Source of the DNA: an uncultured Candidatus Saccharibacteria bacterium
GTDB taxonomy: Bacteria; Patescibacteriota; Saccharimonadia; CAILAD01; JADZBC01
Assembly: GCA_964600985.1 (NCBI GenBank)
Contig: CAZRJR010000002.1
Location: forward strand, 40,867-104,866
Direction of reading: 5' to 3'
Length of the DNA: 64,000 bases
In this document: positions 37,483 through 47,217 of the stretch, in pieces
Layout: every line of letters begins with the position of its first letter
Position numbering within the stretch: position 1 is the first letter of the stretch
The notes under the pieces: generated by a model
Databases searched by the model: none
What the model was told of the DNA's origin: nothing
The model's input: only the letters and a program-made list of their open reading frames with translations
Position numbers and translations under genes: made by a program

Positions 37483-38544
37483 GTGTATAATAAGCTTATG
37501 ATTAGCACTGACGACATCAAAAAGTACGACAAGCACCACATATTTGACGCCATAGATACTCAGCCAGCACAGCTGCGCCTTAACTTTGCCGATGGTATGG
37601 GTGATAAGCTCAGTACCGAGCTCGGCCTGGGTATTCGCAACATTGTGTTTGCGGGCATGGGGGGCTCGGCCCTAGCAGGAGTAATTGCCAAGAATTGGCT
37701 GAACCAACAACTGATTGTGCCACTCGAGGTAGTGCGTGGTTACGAGGTACCAGGCTACGTAAATGGGCATACCCTGGTAATGGTGTCCAGCGCTTCGGGC
37801 AATACCGAGGAGGCATTGAGTTGCTTGCGTGACGCGCTGCGCAAAAACGCTCAGGTAATTACATTAGCAAGTGGTGGCAAGCTCGATAAGCAAGCCAAGG
37901 ACAAGGTGCTACTTGAGATTGACTTGGCCGCCTATGCTCAGCCACGACTTGGTGTATTGGCTGAGCTCAGGGCGCTAGCATGCGTAAGCGAGAACCTCGG
38001 CCTAGTAAGCAAGGTAGATATGCGCCGCGAACTCGAGGACGTAGCAAACTTCTTGGACACACAGAAGTGCCAGTGGAACCTTGATGCGCCAAACGATAAC
38101 GTTGCGCGCCAAATCGCCAAGCAACTTCATGGCAAACCAGCACTCATATATGCAGGTCCAAGCCTAGCTTCTGCGGCGTATAAATGGAAGATCGACATAA
38201 ATGAAAACGCCAAGCAAATGGCGAACGCTAATGTATTCCCTGAGTTGAATCATAACGAAATGCAAGGCTGGTTGTTCCCGGAGCACAAAAATACCCAGGT
38301 AGTAGAGCTGCACTCAAGCCTGGATAACGAGCGGATTAAAAAGCGCTTTGTAGTAACTCGGCAGGTGTTGGCTAAACACGGTTATGAGCCTATACGGGTC
38401 GAGGTAGTGGGAAATACGCATATTCAGCAGCTGCTGAGTACCATTATGCTCGGAGACTATGTATCGGCCTACTTAGGGATCTTGAATGACGTGGATCCTT
38501 CGCCGGTCGAGCTAGTGGAAAAGTTCAAGAAGGAACTAGGTTAA
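37483..38544 (+). CDS. SIS-domain bifunctional phosphoglucose/phosphomannose isomerase-like protein
   Basis: 353 aa. SIS motif FAGMGGSALAGV, and the C-terminal isomerase pattern seen in archaeal-type PGI/PMI. Confidence 0.7.
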   Translation: MYNKLMISTDDIKKYDKHHIFDAIDTQPAQLRLNFADGMGDKLSTELGLGIRNIVFAGMGGSALAGVIAKNWLNQQLIVPLEVVRGYEVPGYVNGHTLVMVSSASGNTEEALSCLRDALRKNAQVITLASGGKLDKQAKDKVLLEIDLAAYAQPRLGVLAELRALACVSENLGLVSKVDMRRELEDVANFLDTQKCQWNLDAPNDNVARQIAKQLHGKPALIYAGPSLASAAYKWKIDINENAKQMANANVFPELNHNEMQGWLFPEHKNTQVVELHSSLDNERIKKRFVVTRQVLAKHGYEPIRVEVVGNTHIQQLLSTIMLGDYVSAYLGILNDVDPSPVELVEKFKKELG

Positions 38545-38591
38545 TCCGGGCTAGAAAATAACCTGATTTTAGGCTAAACTATACCAGTTGC

Positions 38592-38681
38592 GGAGAGGTC
38601 GCATAGTGGTCTAGTGCGCCGCCTTGGAAAGGCGGTGTAGGGGCAACTCTACCGAGAGTTCGAATCTCTCCCTCTCCGCCA
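38592..38681 (+). tRNA. tRNA-Ser (anticodon GGA)
   Basis: Anticodon stem CCGCC/GGCGG with loop TTGGAAA. Long variable arm. T-arm GAGTTCGAATCTCTC. Encoded CCA. Confidence 0.85.
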
Positions 38682-38784
38682 AGAGAGAGTTGACCGATAT
38701 TTAGTTAGATCAATTCTCTCTTGAACAGCAATTAGCGTAGCAGGATCGTATAGTTCGTGTTCCACATTTAGGGAGGGGTAACTC

Positions 38785-39582
38785 GTGTATAATATACCTG
38801 TTATGCCAGAGCCACTACCACTAGCAAAGCATATGCACCAAGATACACCACGTACTGAACCTATGGCGGATGCGAGGTTTGCCGATGGTAGGACTCGTGA
38901 ACAAAATGTGGAGCACAACATGGAAGTACTCGCAGCGGACGAAGTACTTGGCCCCGCGTACGCCCTATGCTACGAGGCGGCAATCACACAGTTTCCCGAG
39001 TTAGGAGATGTATTAATACTAAGCAAAAGCGAGCACAGCACCTCTCCTGGTTCTGCCTGTTCTCGCTGGGCAGAGCATAATTCAACCGGTAGAGATATAG
39101 TTTCTATTAATATGGAACCTGGAAGCATAGAGGATGCGCTAGCCAAGTTGGAGCAACGTCCGGCAACTAAGCGGATTTTTATGGATTATTTGGGTATACA
39201 AGATCCAGCGCAGCTTACGCCGACGAGGGTAATGGCACATATATTCCTCCACGAGCTCGGACATACACTCGACTATGCGAGGCTTATAGATGGCGCTGAA
39301 GCCTACAAGAAGTTTAGGGAAAGACGAAAACAAGAAAAGGCGAACCATCTGCCAATACCAGGAGTAAAGGTGGGTCAGTTGCTCAATCCAGCCTACCAGG
39401 CAAGATTATTAGAGCTAAATCCCGACCTATTTAAGAATTTAGGCGTTAGTGGCTTCTCGGAGCTAGCAGCTAAACAAGAGGTAGGTTACCGACATATGCC
39501 TACAGAGGTATTTGCGGACTCATTTGCCGCTACGATACTGAGGCAAGAGGAATTCACCCTTACATCCTCGGCAGAACTATAG
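38785..39582 (+). CDS. Hypothetical protein with an HExxH zinc-metallopeptidase motif
   Basis: 265 aa with HELGH at about residue 155. No other recognisable domain. Confidence 0.45.
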   Translation: MYNIPVMPEPLPLAKHMHQDTPRTEPMADARFADGRTREQNVEHNMEVLAADEVLGPAYALCYEAAITQFPELGDVLILSKSEHSTSPGSACSRWAEHNSTGRDIVSINMEPGSIEDALAKLEQRPATKRIFMDYLGIQDPAQLTPTRVMAHIFLHELGHTLDYARLIDGAEAYKKFRERRKQEKANHLPIPGVKVGQLLNPAYQARLLELNPDLFKNLGVSGFSELAAKQEVGYRHMPTEVFADSFAATILRQEEFTLTSSAEL

Positions 39583-39584
39583 TA

Positions 39585-40877
39585 TTACTTCACAGTCACT
39601 TGGGTTTCGAAGGTTAGGGCTGGCGTTTCGAATAGGTGAGGGGCACTTACAAACCCTGTCGATGGTTGCTTAAGAACATCAAAGAAGTTCCCTGAGAGAA
39701 TGCAATTAATGGAGCCAACAATTTCGCCTTCGCGAACTACCAGAACTTCAGGAGCCGGAAGAGAGTATCTACCCAATACTGGGTTAGCGGCGTAAATACC
39801 CATAACACTAAGGACTAATAGGAATACAGGGTGCTTACCTGCGAATTCCTTATATGCTAAACCAAATTGATTATCAGAAGCTAAGCTCGGGAGAGCTTTA
39901 GCGCCATATCCAAGTTTAAGGGCTGTTTTAAGGTCACATATTGGCTCTAAAAGTCGGCCATTTTTAATGACATCAAATTTTTGCCCAAGCACACCTTGAG
40001 GACTAAAGCCAAAACTATATGTACTCATTGGCTGTGATTGGTCAAAGGACAGATTAAAGTCGTCGTGGGCAATTTGCAGGTTCTGTTTAAAGTCCCCAGG
40101 TAAGTATTTAGCTATTCCAGTATCGATGAGTGTTCCACTAATGTTACTAAGAAGGAACTTATCTAATATTGACCACCCATTATCGGAATCGATAAGAACG
40201 GGATATCTTCCGGTTTCTAGGGTTACTTTGGAGTCGAGCTTACTCACAAAACTAGCGTACAGGCTTGATTTCTCTACAAAACTCGATGGACTAAATAGTG
40301 CACGTGCAGTTGATCCGGCGCCTATCCTGTCATCATAATATGCATACAACGCTTCTTTAGTAGAAGACTGTTCAAGTTCTACTCCTTCTGAGGAAATGAG
40401 GCAGCTTTGCTGTGTGGTAAATGATACACCTCCTTCAGTTAAGTTAAGGCCTTGTGTAAGCTGTAGTTCTTGGTGCTCCTTGGTATAACTTGTAATTCTC
40501 GCAGGCTCATTATTTACGATATTGGCAATTGCTGGATCAAATAATTGAGGTGGGTTGTAGCTCTTGGGCTTGGGTGCAAAAACGGGCAGGTCTTTAGGGC
40601 TGTGGGCTCCGTTAATGATTTGCTCTAAAAGACCTTCAATTGGCATATCAAATCGTGCAGAGCCAAGACTGTACTCACCAGAGGTCAGCTTGACCAAGTA
40701 ATCTATTCCCGAAATATCCACATTCCTTACAGGACGGTAAATACCACCATAATTTTCATTGATAAATCCACTTTTTAACTCATGGGTGCTTGTCGCATGA
40801 ACTTGAAAGCTATCGATGGAGGGATGTCTCTTTAGTGCACCAATTATTACGTCTTCAAGATAAGCGCGGTCTATCAT
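39585..40877 (-). CDS. TldD/PmbA family protein (TldE/PmbA-like subunit)
   Basis: 430 aa. Pattern and size typical of the non-catalytic TldE/PmbA partner. Translationally coupled to the upstream TldD-like gene. Confidence 0.6.
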   Translation of the reverse strand: MIDRAYLEDVIIGALKRHPSIDSFQVHATSTHELKSGFINENYGGIYRPVRNVDISGIDYLVKLTSGEYSLGSARFDMPIEGLLEQIINGAHSPKDLPVFAPKPKSYNPPQLFDPAIANIVNNEPARITSYTKEHQELQLTQGLNLTEGGVSFTTQQSCLISSEGVELEQSSTKEALYAYYDDRIGAGSTARALFSPSSFVEKSSLYASFVSKLDSKVTLETGRYPVLIDSDNGWSILDKFLLSNISGTLIDTGIAKYLPGDFKQNLQIAHDDFNLSFDQSQPMSTYSFGFSPQGVLGQKFDVIKNGRLLEPICDLKTALKLGYGAKALPSLASDNQFGLAYKEFAGKHPVFLLVLSVMGIYAANPVLGRYSLPAPEVLVVREGEIVGSINCILSGNFFDVLKQPSTGFVSAPHLFETPALTFETQVTVK

Positions 40878-42376
40878 GCTATACTCACGTGTTTAGTTGG
40901 CCCAAAGAAGACCAGTTCGTGTCCGCCATCACTTACATATGCGACTTGGCCTGCCTTACCACAATTCCCAAAATCATCGGTTTGAAGCTCTCCTACGCCG
41001 AATTCAATTGCCTTGAGTGCCTCAAGGACACTACCGCTAAATGACATTGGTTGCTTTGGCGTTACCTTGTCTGCAGTTAATTCATAGGTGTATCCAGCAC
41101 CAAACATAAAGTCACCTGTTTTAGCAGCAACTTGGCCTGCTCGAAAACCAATAAGATAGTAGATCTTTGGGTGTCGATCAAAAATACCCTTCTCTTTTAA
41201 AAGTCCCCATACTTTTGTTGGGTCGCTTGATGGAAGCTTTTCGGCAATCAATAAATCTTTGTGAAGTTCAATATATGTAGTGGACATTCGAGGAATTGCT
41301 ACTGCACCATAGTGCTCGCTTCTCTCGGCATTCTTATTGGCCACACCAATTTTCTTACCCGTAAAGATATCACTAATAGACTCCTTCAGGATGCCATCTT
41401 CAATAATCGTGATTGCTTTTCGTTGGTTCCCGAAAGCTCCGTAAGGATGGTAGCCATGGTTAAGCCCTTCTTCGTGATCGCGAATGGTAACCCCACGGGC
41501 TGCAACTTGTTTGCCAATCAACATTTTATTATCCTTACTACCGAGTACACTGGCGTTTTCCGCGATAGCATCAGATTCTGCTGGGTGGCCGAGAGCCTCG
41601 TGAACAAGGGTTCCAGCAAGGTTTCCAGCGACCAAGACAGGTAAGTTGCCTCCCTCTGCAGCACTTGCATCTAGTTGCTCTTCGGCAAGGAGCAATTCCT
41701 GGTCGATGAGTTGTTTTGCCTTATCTATATCACTTAGCAAATCTTTTGCTAATGGACGAAAGAGTGATATGTGAGCTGTTGTAGATTTTTCTCCTTTGCG
41801 GATGGTAAATATCACGCCTCCTCGAGTATAGGGTATAGCGAAGTCGACATCGGTGTTATCACTTCTGACAATCCTCCACTGTACTTGCTCGGATGTAAAC
41901 GTAACCATTGGTTTAGCATCTGGCCTTTTTGATAATACGTATTTTTCAAGTTCATGGGCAAAAGATTCGATTTCCGATTGTTTTATTGAGGCAGGGTCTT
42001 GGACTACATAGTGCAGATCATCTTCGCCTAAATTGTCCTGGTAGGCAAGCTCAAATATCTCCTTTGCAGTATCTGCTCCTTTTTCTTCATTTGATCGAGC
42101 AACCTTAGCGGTGTCCTGTAATAATTTACTTACGGTTGCTACATCTAGCTTATTTGTGGCACCAAAGCCTAGGTGGCCGCTCTTTGTAAAACAGTATAGT
42201 CCTGCCCCGCTAATATCACTCTGGTTTACATCGTACACAGCACCACCTTGCCAGCGGAAGGTGTATTTGCTGGTGCTGTTGAGGCGCAGAACGGTGTAAA
42301 CGTCCATTTTTTTTGCACCTTCAAGCGCAGCTTTGACTATTGCATCATATTCGCGGAGGAGTTTAGACTTACTCAT
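40874..42376 (-). CDS. tldD: TldD-like metalloprotease
   Basis: 500 aa with the HEALGH metal-binding motif (LVHEALGHPAESDA) and a TldD-type C-terminal GxC motif region. Confidence 0.7.
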   Translation of the reverse strand: MSKSKLLREYDAIVKAALEGAKKMDVYTVLRLNSTSKYTFRWQGGAVYDVNQSDISGAGLYCFTKSGHLGFGATNKLDVATVSKLLQDTAKVARSNEEKGADTAKEIFELAYQDNLGEDDLHYVVQDPASIKQSEIESFAHELEKYVLSKRPDAKPMVTFTSEQVQWRIVRSDNTDVDFAIPYTRGGVIFTIRKGEKSTTAHISLFRPLAKDLLSDIDKAKQLIDQELLLAEEQLDASAAEGGNLPVLVAGNLAGTLVHEALGHPAESDAIAENASVLGSKDNKMLIGKQVAARGVTIRDHEEGLNHGYHPYGAFGNQRKAITIIEDGILKESISDIFTGKKIGVANKNAERSEHYGAVAIPRMSTTYIELHKDLLIAEKLPSSDPTKVWGLLKEKGIFDRHPKIYYLIGFRAGQVAAKTGDFMFGAGYTYELTADKVTPKQPMSFSGSVLEALKAIEFGVGELQTDDFGNCGKAGQVAYVSDGGHELVFFGPTKHVSIA

Positions 42377-42420
42377 ACCCTCATTATACGCTAGATCTCG
42401 TATTATCTAAGCATAAGCCC

Positions 42421-42975
42421 CTAACTTAACTTCTTCTGTAATTCCGTGAGGTCTTTTAGACTGCGTGCCAATTCTTTGCTCAATTCGTCGTGTTTGAATT
42501 TGCCCGAGTCGTCGATGTGTTCATGGGCAGCAGGAATCACAATATTGTGTGCAAGTTGCATGAGTTTAACCTGGGAGAGCACTGGCTTAAGCTGCTCTAC
42601 GCCGCGAATTCCGGCATGTGGCGTCATAGAGTATCCGGCCAGTAGTACTGGCTTGCCGTGCCACTGCGCACCAAGCCAGTCAATGGCATTTTTGACCGCT
42701 GCCGAGTAGCCGTGGTTGTATTCGGGGGTTAGAATCACGTAAGCATCGCCCTCGGAGATTTTTTGCGCCCACCTTCGTCCCGTGTCGTTCTTATAATTAC
42801 CATTCGCCATGAGTGGCGGCATGGCTTCGTTGTATAAGGGGAGGGGCCAGTCATGCAGGTCGAGTAGTTCTGGCTCAATGCCATCTATTTTGCTGGCTTC
42901 ACGCTCTATCCATTGCCCAACTTTGCTGCCCAAGCTACCTTCGCGGACTGAACCAGTTATGATTTGTAACTTCAT
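42421..42975 (-). CDS. NAD(P)H-dependent FMN reductase family protein
   Basis: 184 aa flavodoxin-like fold (MKLQIITGSVREGSLGSKV...). Confidence 0.75.
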   Translation of the reverse strand: MKLQIITGSVREGSLGSKVGQWIEREASKIDGIEPELLDLHDWPLPLYNEAMPPLMANGNYKNDTGRRWAQKISEGDAYVILTPEYNHGYSAAVKNAIDWLGAQWHGKPVLLAGYSMTPHAGIRGVEQLKPVLSQVKLMQLAHNIVIPAAHEHIDDSGKFKHDELSKELARSLKDLTELQKKLS

Positions 42976-43093
42976 GCTCTTCTTTCTCCTAACTATAAAT
43001 TGTATAGTATTGAGTATATGTTTAATACTACAAAAAGTAAAGTAGTTACATAGTGTATAGTATTATGCTATACCTTTGTGGTAGAATAATGGC

Positions 43094-43438
43094 ATGAAGA
43101 CATTAACTAGAAGCAACAAGGCCTCAGTCCCTTCTGCTAAAGATTATGCCAACTGCGGCTTGGCTAAAACCCTAAAGATCATTGGCAGTAAGTGGACGCT
43201 CATGATTCTGTATAGCTTGTTCGAGGGGACTAAGCGCTTTGGCGAGTTGCAGGACTCGCTTGGCCTCAGTCCGCGTACCTTGGCCTTGCGGCTACAGCAG
43301 CTCGAGCAAGATGGAATTATAACTAAGAAGGCGTATGCCGAGGTGCCGCCGCGCGTAGAGTACTCGCTCACCGAAAAAGGTCGCTCACTCCATAAGGTAA
43401 TCAAAGATCTCAGCGCCTGGGGCGATACGCGCTGCTAG
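43094..43438 (+). CDS. HxlR-family winged-helix transcriptional regulator
   Basis: CGLAKTLKIIGSKWTLMILYSLFEGTKRFGELQ...VEYSLTEKG. Divergent from the FMN reductase gene, a common regulator/target pairing. Confidence 0.8.
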   Translation: MKTLTRSNKASVPSAKDYANCGLAKTLKIIGSKWTLMILYSLFEGTKRFGELQDSLGLSPRTLALRLQQLEQDGIITKKAYAEVPPRVEYSLTEKGRSLHKVIKDLSAWGDTRC

Positions 43439-43547
43439 CCCGAATTCTGTAGTTATTTACCACCACAAAGCTGAATTATAAAGCTCAATTCGGCTCTCTG
43501 GTGGTGCTTGAACCTGAGTCCGACGACCCAAGTTCAAGCGAGCACCC

Positions 43548-43835
43548 TCACTGGCCACTGCCGGGGCACTTTGGCCCACGGCGTGGTGGCGCGTGCTCGG
43601 CGCGCGGCGGCAGCTCTTTCCAGTGGTCTGGGATCTTGGGCGCGAAGGGCTCCGTGCTGAGCGGGCCTTCGTGCACCAAGATGAAGTGAGCTTCGCAGCC
43701 TGGGTGCGGGCAGTCACGCTCCAGTACTGCAACCGGCCTGAACCAACACGCCGTAGACGGACTGTGGCCTTTTGGCAACACACAGCGTCTGCCACTAGAG
43801 CCGAGGGGAAAACCACATTGCTCATTCTCTGTCAC
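43548..43835 (-). CDS. Hypothetical Cys/His-rich small protein in a GC-rich insert
   Basis: 95 aa. About 62% GC over a 400-bp segment. Coding is uncertain. Confidence 0.25.
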   Translation of the reverse strand: MTENEQCGFPLGSSGRRCVLPKGHSPSTACWFRPVAVLERDCPHPGCEAHFILVHEGPLSTEPFAPKIPDHWKELPPRAEHAPPRRGPKCPGSGQ

Positions 43836-44058
43836 TATTAGACTCCTGTCTCTTTCTTCGAGTCATCAGGATTGGTCCTATTACTCGTTCTTACGCGCAT
43901 CGCGATGATGGTAAGAATAGTCGTACCAACCAAGACGGCAGCGATTGCATAGGGCACTTCGTTAAGCGTAACACCTTCTTTCAAGGGTCGGGTGGACAGA
44001 TCTGGAGGGACTCAGATCGCTGCAGGTATTATAGGAAAGTAAGACGCAGAAAACTAGC

Positions 44059-44460
44059 TTAGGTATTTTTGGGCATACCCTCGAAGTCGAGAGCACAGGA
44101 GTTAATGCAAAAGCGCTGGCCGGTTGTGTTGCGTGGTCCGTCGTTAAAGACGTGCCCCAAGTGGGCTCCGCAATTGCTGCAGACTACCTCGGTGCGGTGC
44201 ATACCATGTGAATCGTCGGCAATTTGTTTGGTGGTGCCGGGTAGTGCCTGGTCAAAGCTAGGCCAACCAGAATGTGAGTTGAACTTGGCACTGGAAGCAA
44301 AAAGTTGCTGCCCACACACCACGCAGTTATACATGCCGTGCTCGTGGTGATGAACATACTTGCCACTGAATGGTGCTTCGGTAGCCTTGTGCTGGGTAAC
44401 TTGGTAAGCTTCGGAACTAAGTTTGTGCTTTAGGTCACTTGAGTCGGTTATGTCGCTCAT
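44059..44460 (-). CDS. msrB: Peptide-methionine (R)-S-oxide reductase MsrB
   Basis: CxxC...CxxC zinc site and catalytic CGAHLGHVFNDGP. Confidence 0.9.
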   Translation of the reverse strand: MSDITDSSDLKHKLSSEAYQVTQHKATEAPFSGKYVHHHEHGMYNCVVCGQQLFASSAKFNSHSGWPSFDQALPGTTKQIADDSHGMHRTEVVCSNCGAHLGHVFNDGPRNTTGQRFCINSCALDFEGMPKNT

Positions 44461-44517
44461 GGTTTATTCTCGATTGGTATTATTGTAACATGTGGGTGAT
44501 AAGTGTAGGAGACTCTA

Positions 44518-45642
44518 ATGGCAGCGGATACGAAGGCACAAATTAAGGTGCTGATTCGTCCCACGGGGGTTGGTATAAACGGCAAGAACCCTTGGGATAT
44601 TGCAGTACACAACGAGAAGTTCTACGATCGGGCGCTGGCTGGTGGTTCGCTCGGCCTGGGTGAGGCATATATGGATGGCTGGTGGACGAGTAAGGACCTA
44701 GAAGAAACGATTTATAGGCTGATATCGGCAGGAATAGATAGAAAGGTGCGCCCCAATTTAGTGTTGGCGCGCCACTATGTGGCAGCCTCGCTACGCAATC
44801 ACCAGTCGGTACGGCGGGCCAAGCGCAACGCCCAGGCGCACTACGACATTGGCAATGACCTCTACGAACCCATGCTCGGAGCAAGTATGGCTTATAGTTG
44901 CGGTTACTGGAAGAACGCCAAGACGTTGGACGAAGCACAAGAAGCCAAATACGAGCTCATTTGCCAGAAGTTGAAGCTCAAACGCGGCATGCGAGTACTC
45001 GACATTGGCTGTGGATGGGGTGGCCTGGCAATGTATATGGCACGCAAATACAAAGTCGAGGTTACCGGTGTAACCCCGGCGCGCGAACAGGCCAGCTACG
45101 TACGCGAGCATGCCAAAGGACTCGCGGTAAAGGTGTTGGAGCAAGATTATCGCGAGGTGAAGGTACGGCAAAAGTTTGATCGCGTAGTGTCGGTCGGCAT
45201 GGCCGAGCACATTGGCCCCAAGAACCTACCAAGCTACTTCGCCAAGGTCGACGAAGTTATGAAGAACGACGGCATATTCCTCCTTCACACCATTGGGAAT
45301 AACCGCACTACTCGTACCAATGAACCTTGGATGAATAAGTACATTTTCCCGGGTGCCGTGCTGCCATCGATGGCAAGTGTAGCTCGTGCTTGCGAAGGCG
45401 GCTTTGTAATTGAGGACATGCATAACTTCGGTCCGGATTATGAAAAAACGTTGCTGGCTTGGTACAGGAACTTCAAGAAAGCTTGGCCAAGCTTGGAGGA
45501 GAAGTACGGCGAGCGGTTTTATAGAATGTGGGAATTCTACCTACTGTCGTGCGCTGCGGCTTTCAAGGCTCGCCATATACAGCTGTGGCAGTTTGTAATT
45601 ACTAAGCCTGGTGGCCAGGCTCGTTACGACTCAGTCCGCTAG
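44518..45642 (+). CDS. cfa: Cyclopropane-fatty-acyl-phospholipid synthase family methyltransferase
   Basis: SAM motif VLDIGCGWGGLAMYMA and the CFA-synthase fold pattern. Confidence 0.85.
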   Translation: MAADTKAQIKVLIRPTGVGINGKNPWDIAVHNEKFYDRALAGGSLGLGEAYMDGWWTSKDLEETIYRLISAGIDRKVRPNLVLARHYVAASLRNHQSVRRAKRNAQAHYDIGNDLYEPMLGASMAYSCGYWKNAKTLDEAQEAKYELICQKLKLKRGMRVLDIGCGWGGLAMYMARKYKVEVTGVTPAREQASYVREHAKGLAVKVLEQDYREVKVRQKFDRVVSVGMAEHIGPKNLPSYFAKVDEVMKNDGIFLLHTIGNNRTTRTNEPWMNKYIFPGAVLPSMASVARACEGGFVIEDMHNFGPDYEKTLLAWYRNFKKAWPSLEEKYGERFYRMWEFYLLSCAAAFKARHIQLWQFVITKPGGQARYDSVR

Positions 45643-45698
45643 GCTTTACCCAACTCGCTTATGTTATAATCAGCTTGAATAACTAAGCGAGGAATTCT

Positions 45699-46469
45699 AT
45701 GGCCACCAAGAAGATTACTAAGGCAGGTTTGCGTACGTTTAATCTGAAAATGGCAGGTCTGCACGCTGTGCAGGCGGTGGCAATCTTGCTCCTCGCCAAG
45801 GACTTTACTCTGCCGGTTACTACAAGTTTCCTAACCTTTAGCAGAGTCAGCAAAAGCCTCGAACCAGCTACAAAAACATTGTTTAATGTACCGTTGGCTT
45901 GGTTAATAGTGGCATTCTTGGCACTTTCTGCAACTGCCCACTTAGTTATCGCAACCGTCTATAATAAGCGCTACAACCAAGGCTTGAGTAAGGGTATTAA
46001 CCAGGCTCGATGGATCGAATACTCACTTTCTGCCAGTACTATGATGGTGGCAATTGCACTCTTAGTCGGCATTTATGACCTCTCGCTCCTGATTGGTATA
46101 TTCGCTCTCGTAGCGTTCATGAACCTTATGGGGCTGGTTATGGAGGTACACAACCAAACTACCGAAAAGACCAATTGGTTGAGTTATATAATTGGCTGCA
46201 TTGCCGGCATAGTGCCTTGGGTGATCGTGGGGTTATCGTTTTGGGGTAGCGCCACGTATGGTAGTGGTAACATTCCTGCATTCGTGTATTGGATTTATGT
46301 GTCCATTTTCATCTTCTTTAACTGCTTCGCGATCAATATGCTCTTGCAGTATTTAAAAGTAGGGAAGTGGAAGGACTATATGTACGGAGAACGTATGTAT
46401 ATCGTCTTGAGCCTGGTGGCTAAGTCCGCTCTGGCTTGGCAAGTGTTCTTTGGTACCCTAAGGCCATAA
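45699..46469 (+). CDS. Heliorhodopsin
   Basis: 7-TM protein with blocks diagnostic of heliorhodopsins (RWIEYSLSAS, IGCIAGIVPW, GERMYIVLSLVAKSALAWQ including the retinal Schiff-base Lys in helix 7). Inverted topology relative to type-1 rhodopsins is a family property. Confidence 0.8.
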   Translation: MATKKITKAGLRTFNLKMAGLHAVQAVAILLLAKDFTLPVTTSFLTFSRVSKSLEPATKTLFNVPLAWLIVAFLALSATAHLVIATVYNKRYNQGLSKGINQARWIEYSLSASTMMVAIALLVGIYDLSLLIGIFALVAFMNLMGLVMEVHNQTTEKTNWLSYIIGCIAGIVPWVIVGLSFWGSATYGSGNIPAFVYWIYVSIFIFFNCFAINMLLQYLKVGKWKDYMYGERMYIVLSLVAKSALAWQVFFGTLRP

Positions 46470-46472
46470 ACT

Positions 46473-46724
46473 ATGACGTATAAGGGCCACAAGCACCACG
46501 AACATGTCTACCGGTCAGCTGCAAAGGCTGTCAGTTATCGAGTAGTAATATCTATCCAGCTGTTTGTCATTACATGGCTAGTGACCGGCAGTGTACAGAG
46601 CGCACTGCAACTAACTGGCTGGACGGCTGTGGTGAGTACACTTGTGTATTATCTTCACGAACGAGTTTGGGCCCATATTGCGTGGGGCAGAACCAAGCCA
46701 AGCTATAGTAAGGGCAACAAATAG
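46473..46724 (+). CDS. DUF2061 family membrane protein
   Basis: 83 aa. KAVSYRVVISIQLFVITWLVTG...YYLHERVW follows the DUF2061 pattern. Only 4 bp downstream of the heliorhodopsin gene. Confidence 0.6.
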   Translation: MTYKGHKHHEHVYRSAAKAVSYRVVISIQLFVITWLVTGSVQSALQLTGWTAVVSTLVYYLHERVWAHIAWGRTKPSYSKGNK

Positions 46725-46730
46725 TATGAG

Positions 46731-47093
46731 TTAACCGAGGGGTTCGTCGTTGGAATTCTTGGGCTTCTTGCTGGCCGACTTGGGCGTAATTGCTACGGCC
46801 AGAACACCTATGCCTATGAGCAAGAACAGTGCGCCGCCAAGTGCAGAGTTGTTGGCATAGAGGCCTAAGTTTCGAGCTAAAAGTAAAGCGCCTACTCCAA
46901 TCATGCCAAAAGGAATGGCCGAGCGCCCTTTGCCAGCCGACAGCGCACCGGCAAATATCAGTAGAGCGGGCCACCAAGGGCCAACATCGAAGTTAAGTTT
47001 GAGCATATGCAGTGCGCTAATTAAAATTGCGAAACCAAAAGCGATGATCACGAGGCCGAAGATGATACTAGAGTTACGATTGTCATCCATACC
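46731..47093 (-). CDS. Hypothetical membrane protein (LiaF-N-terminal-like multi-TM)
   Basis: Start trimmed to MDDNRNSSIIFGLVIIAFG. Four hydrophobic helices. Confidence 0.45.
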   Translation of the reverse strand, partial: GMDDNRNSSIIFGLVIIAFGFAILISALHMLKLNFDVGPWWPALLIFAGALSAGKGRSAIPFGMIGVGALLLARNLGLYANNSALGGALFLLIGIGVLAVAITPKSASKKPKNSNDEPLG

Positions 47094-47217
47094 TTTATTA
47101 TCTACCTGGCGCGCACAATTGCAAGCGGATGGCATGGCGTGATAGTGCAATCTGCTTGACAGTTACGCCTTCGCGCCTACAATTGAGGGTAAGGTAATAA
47201 TAAGGTAAGGAGTAATT

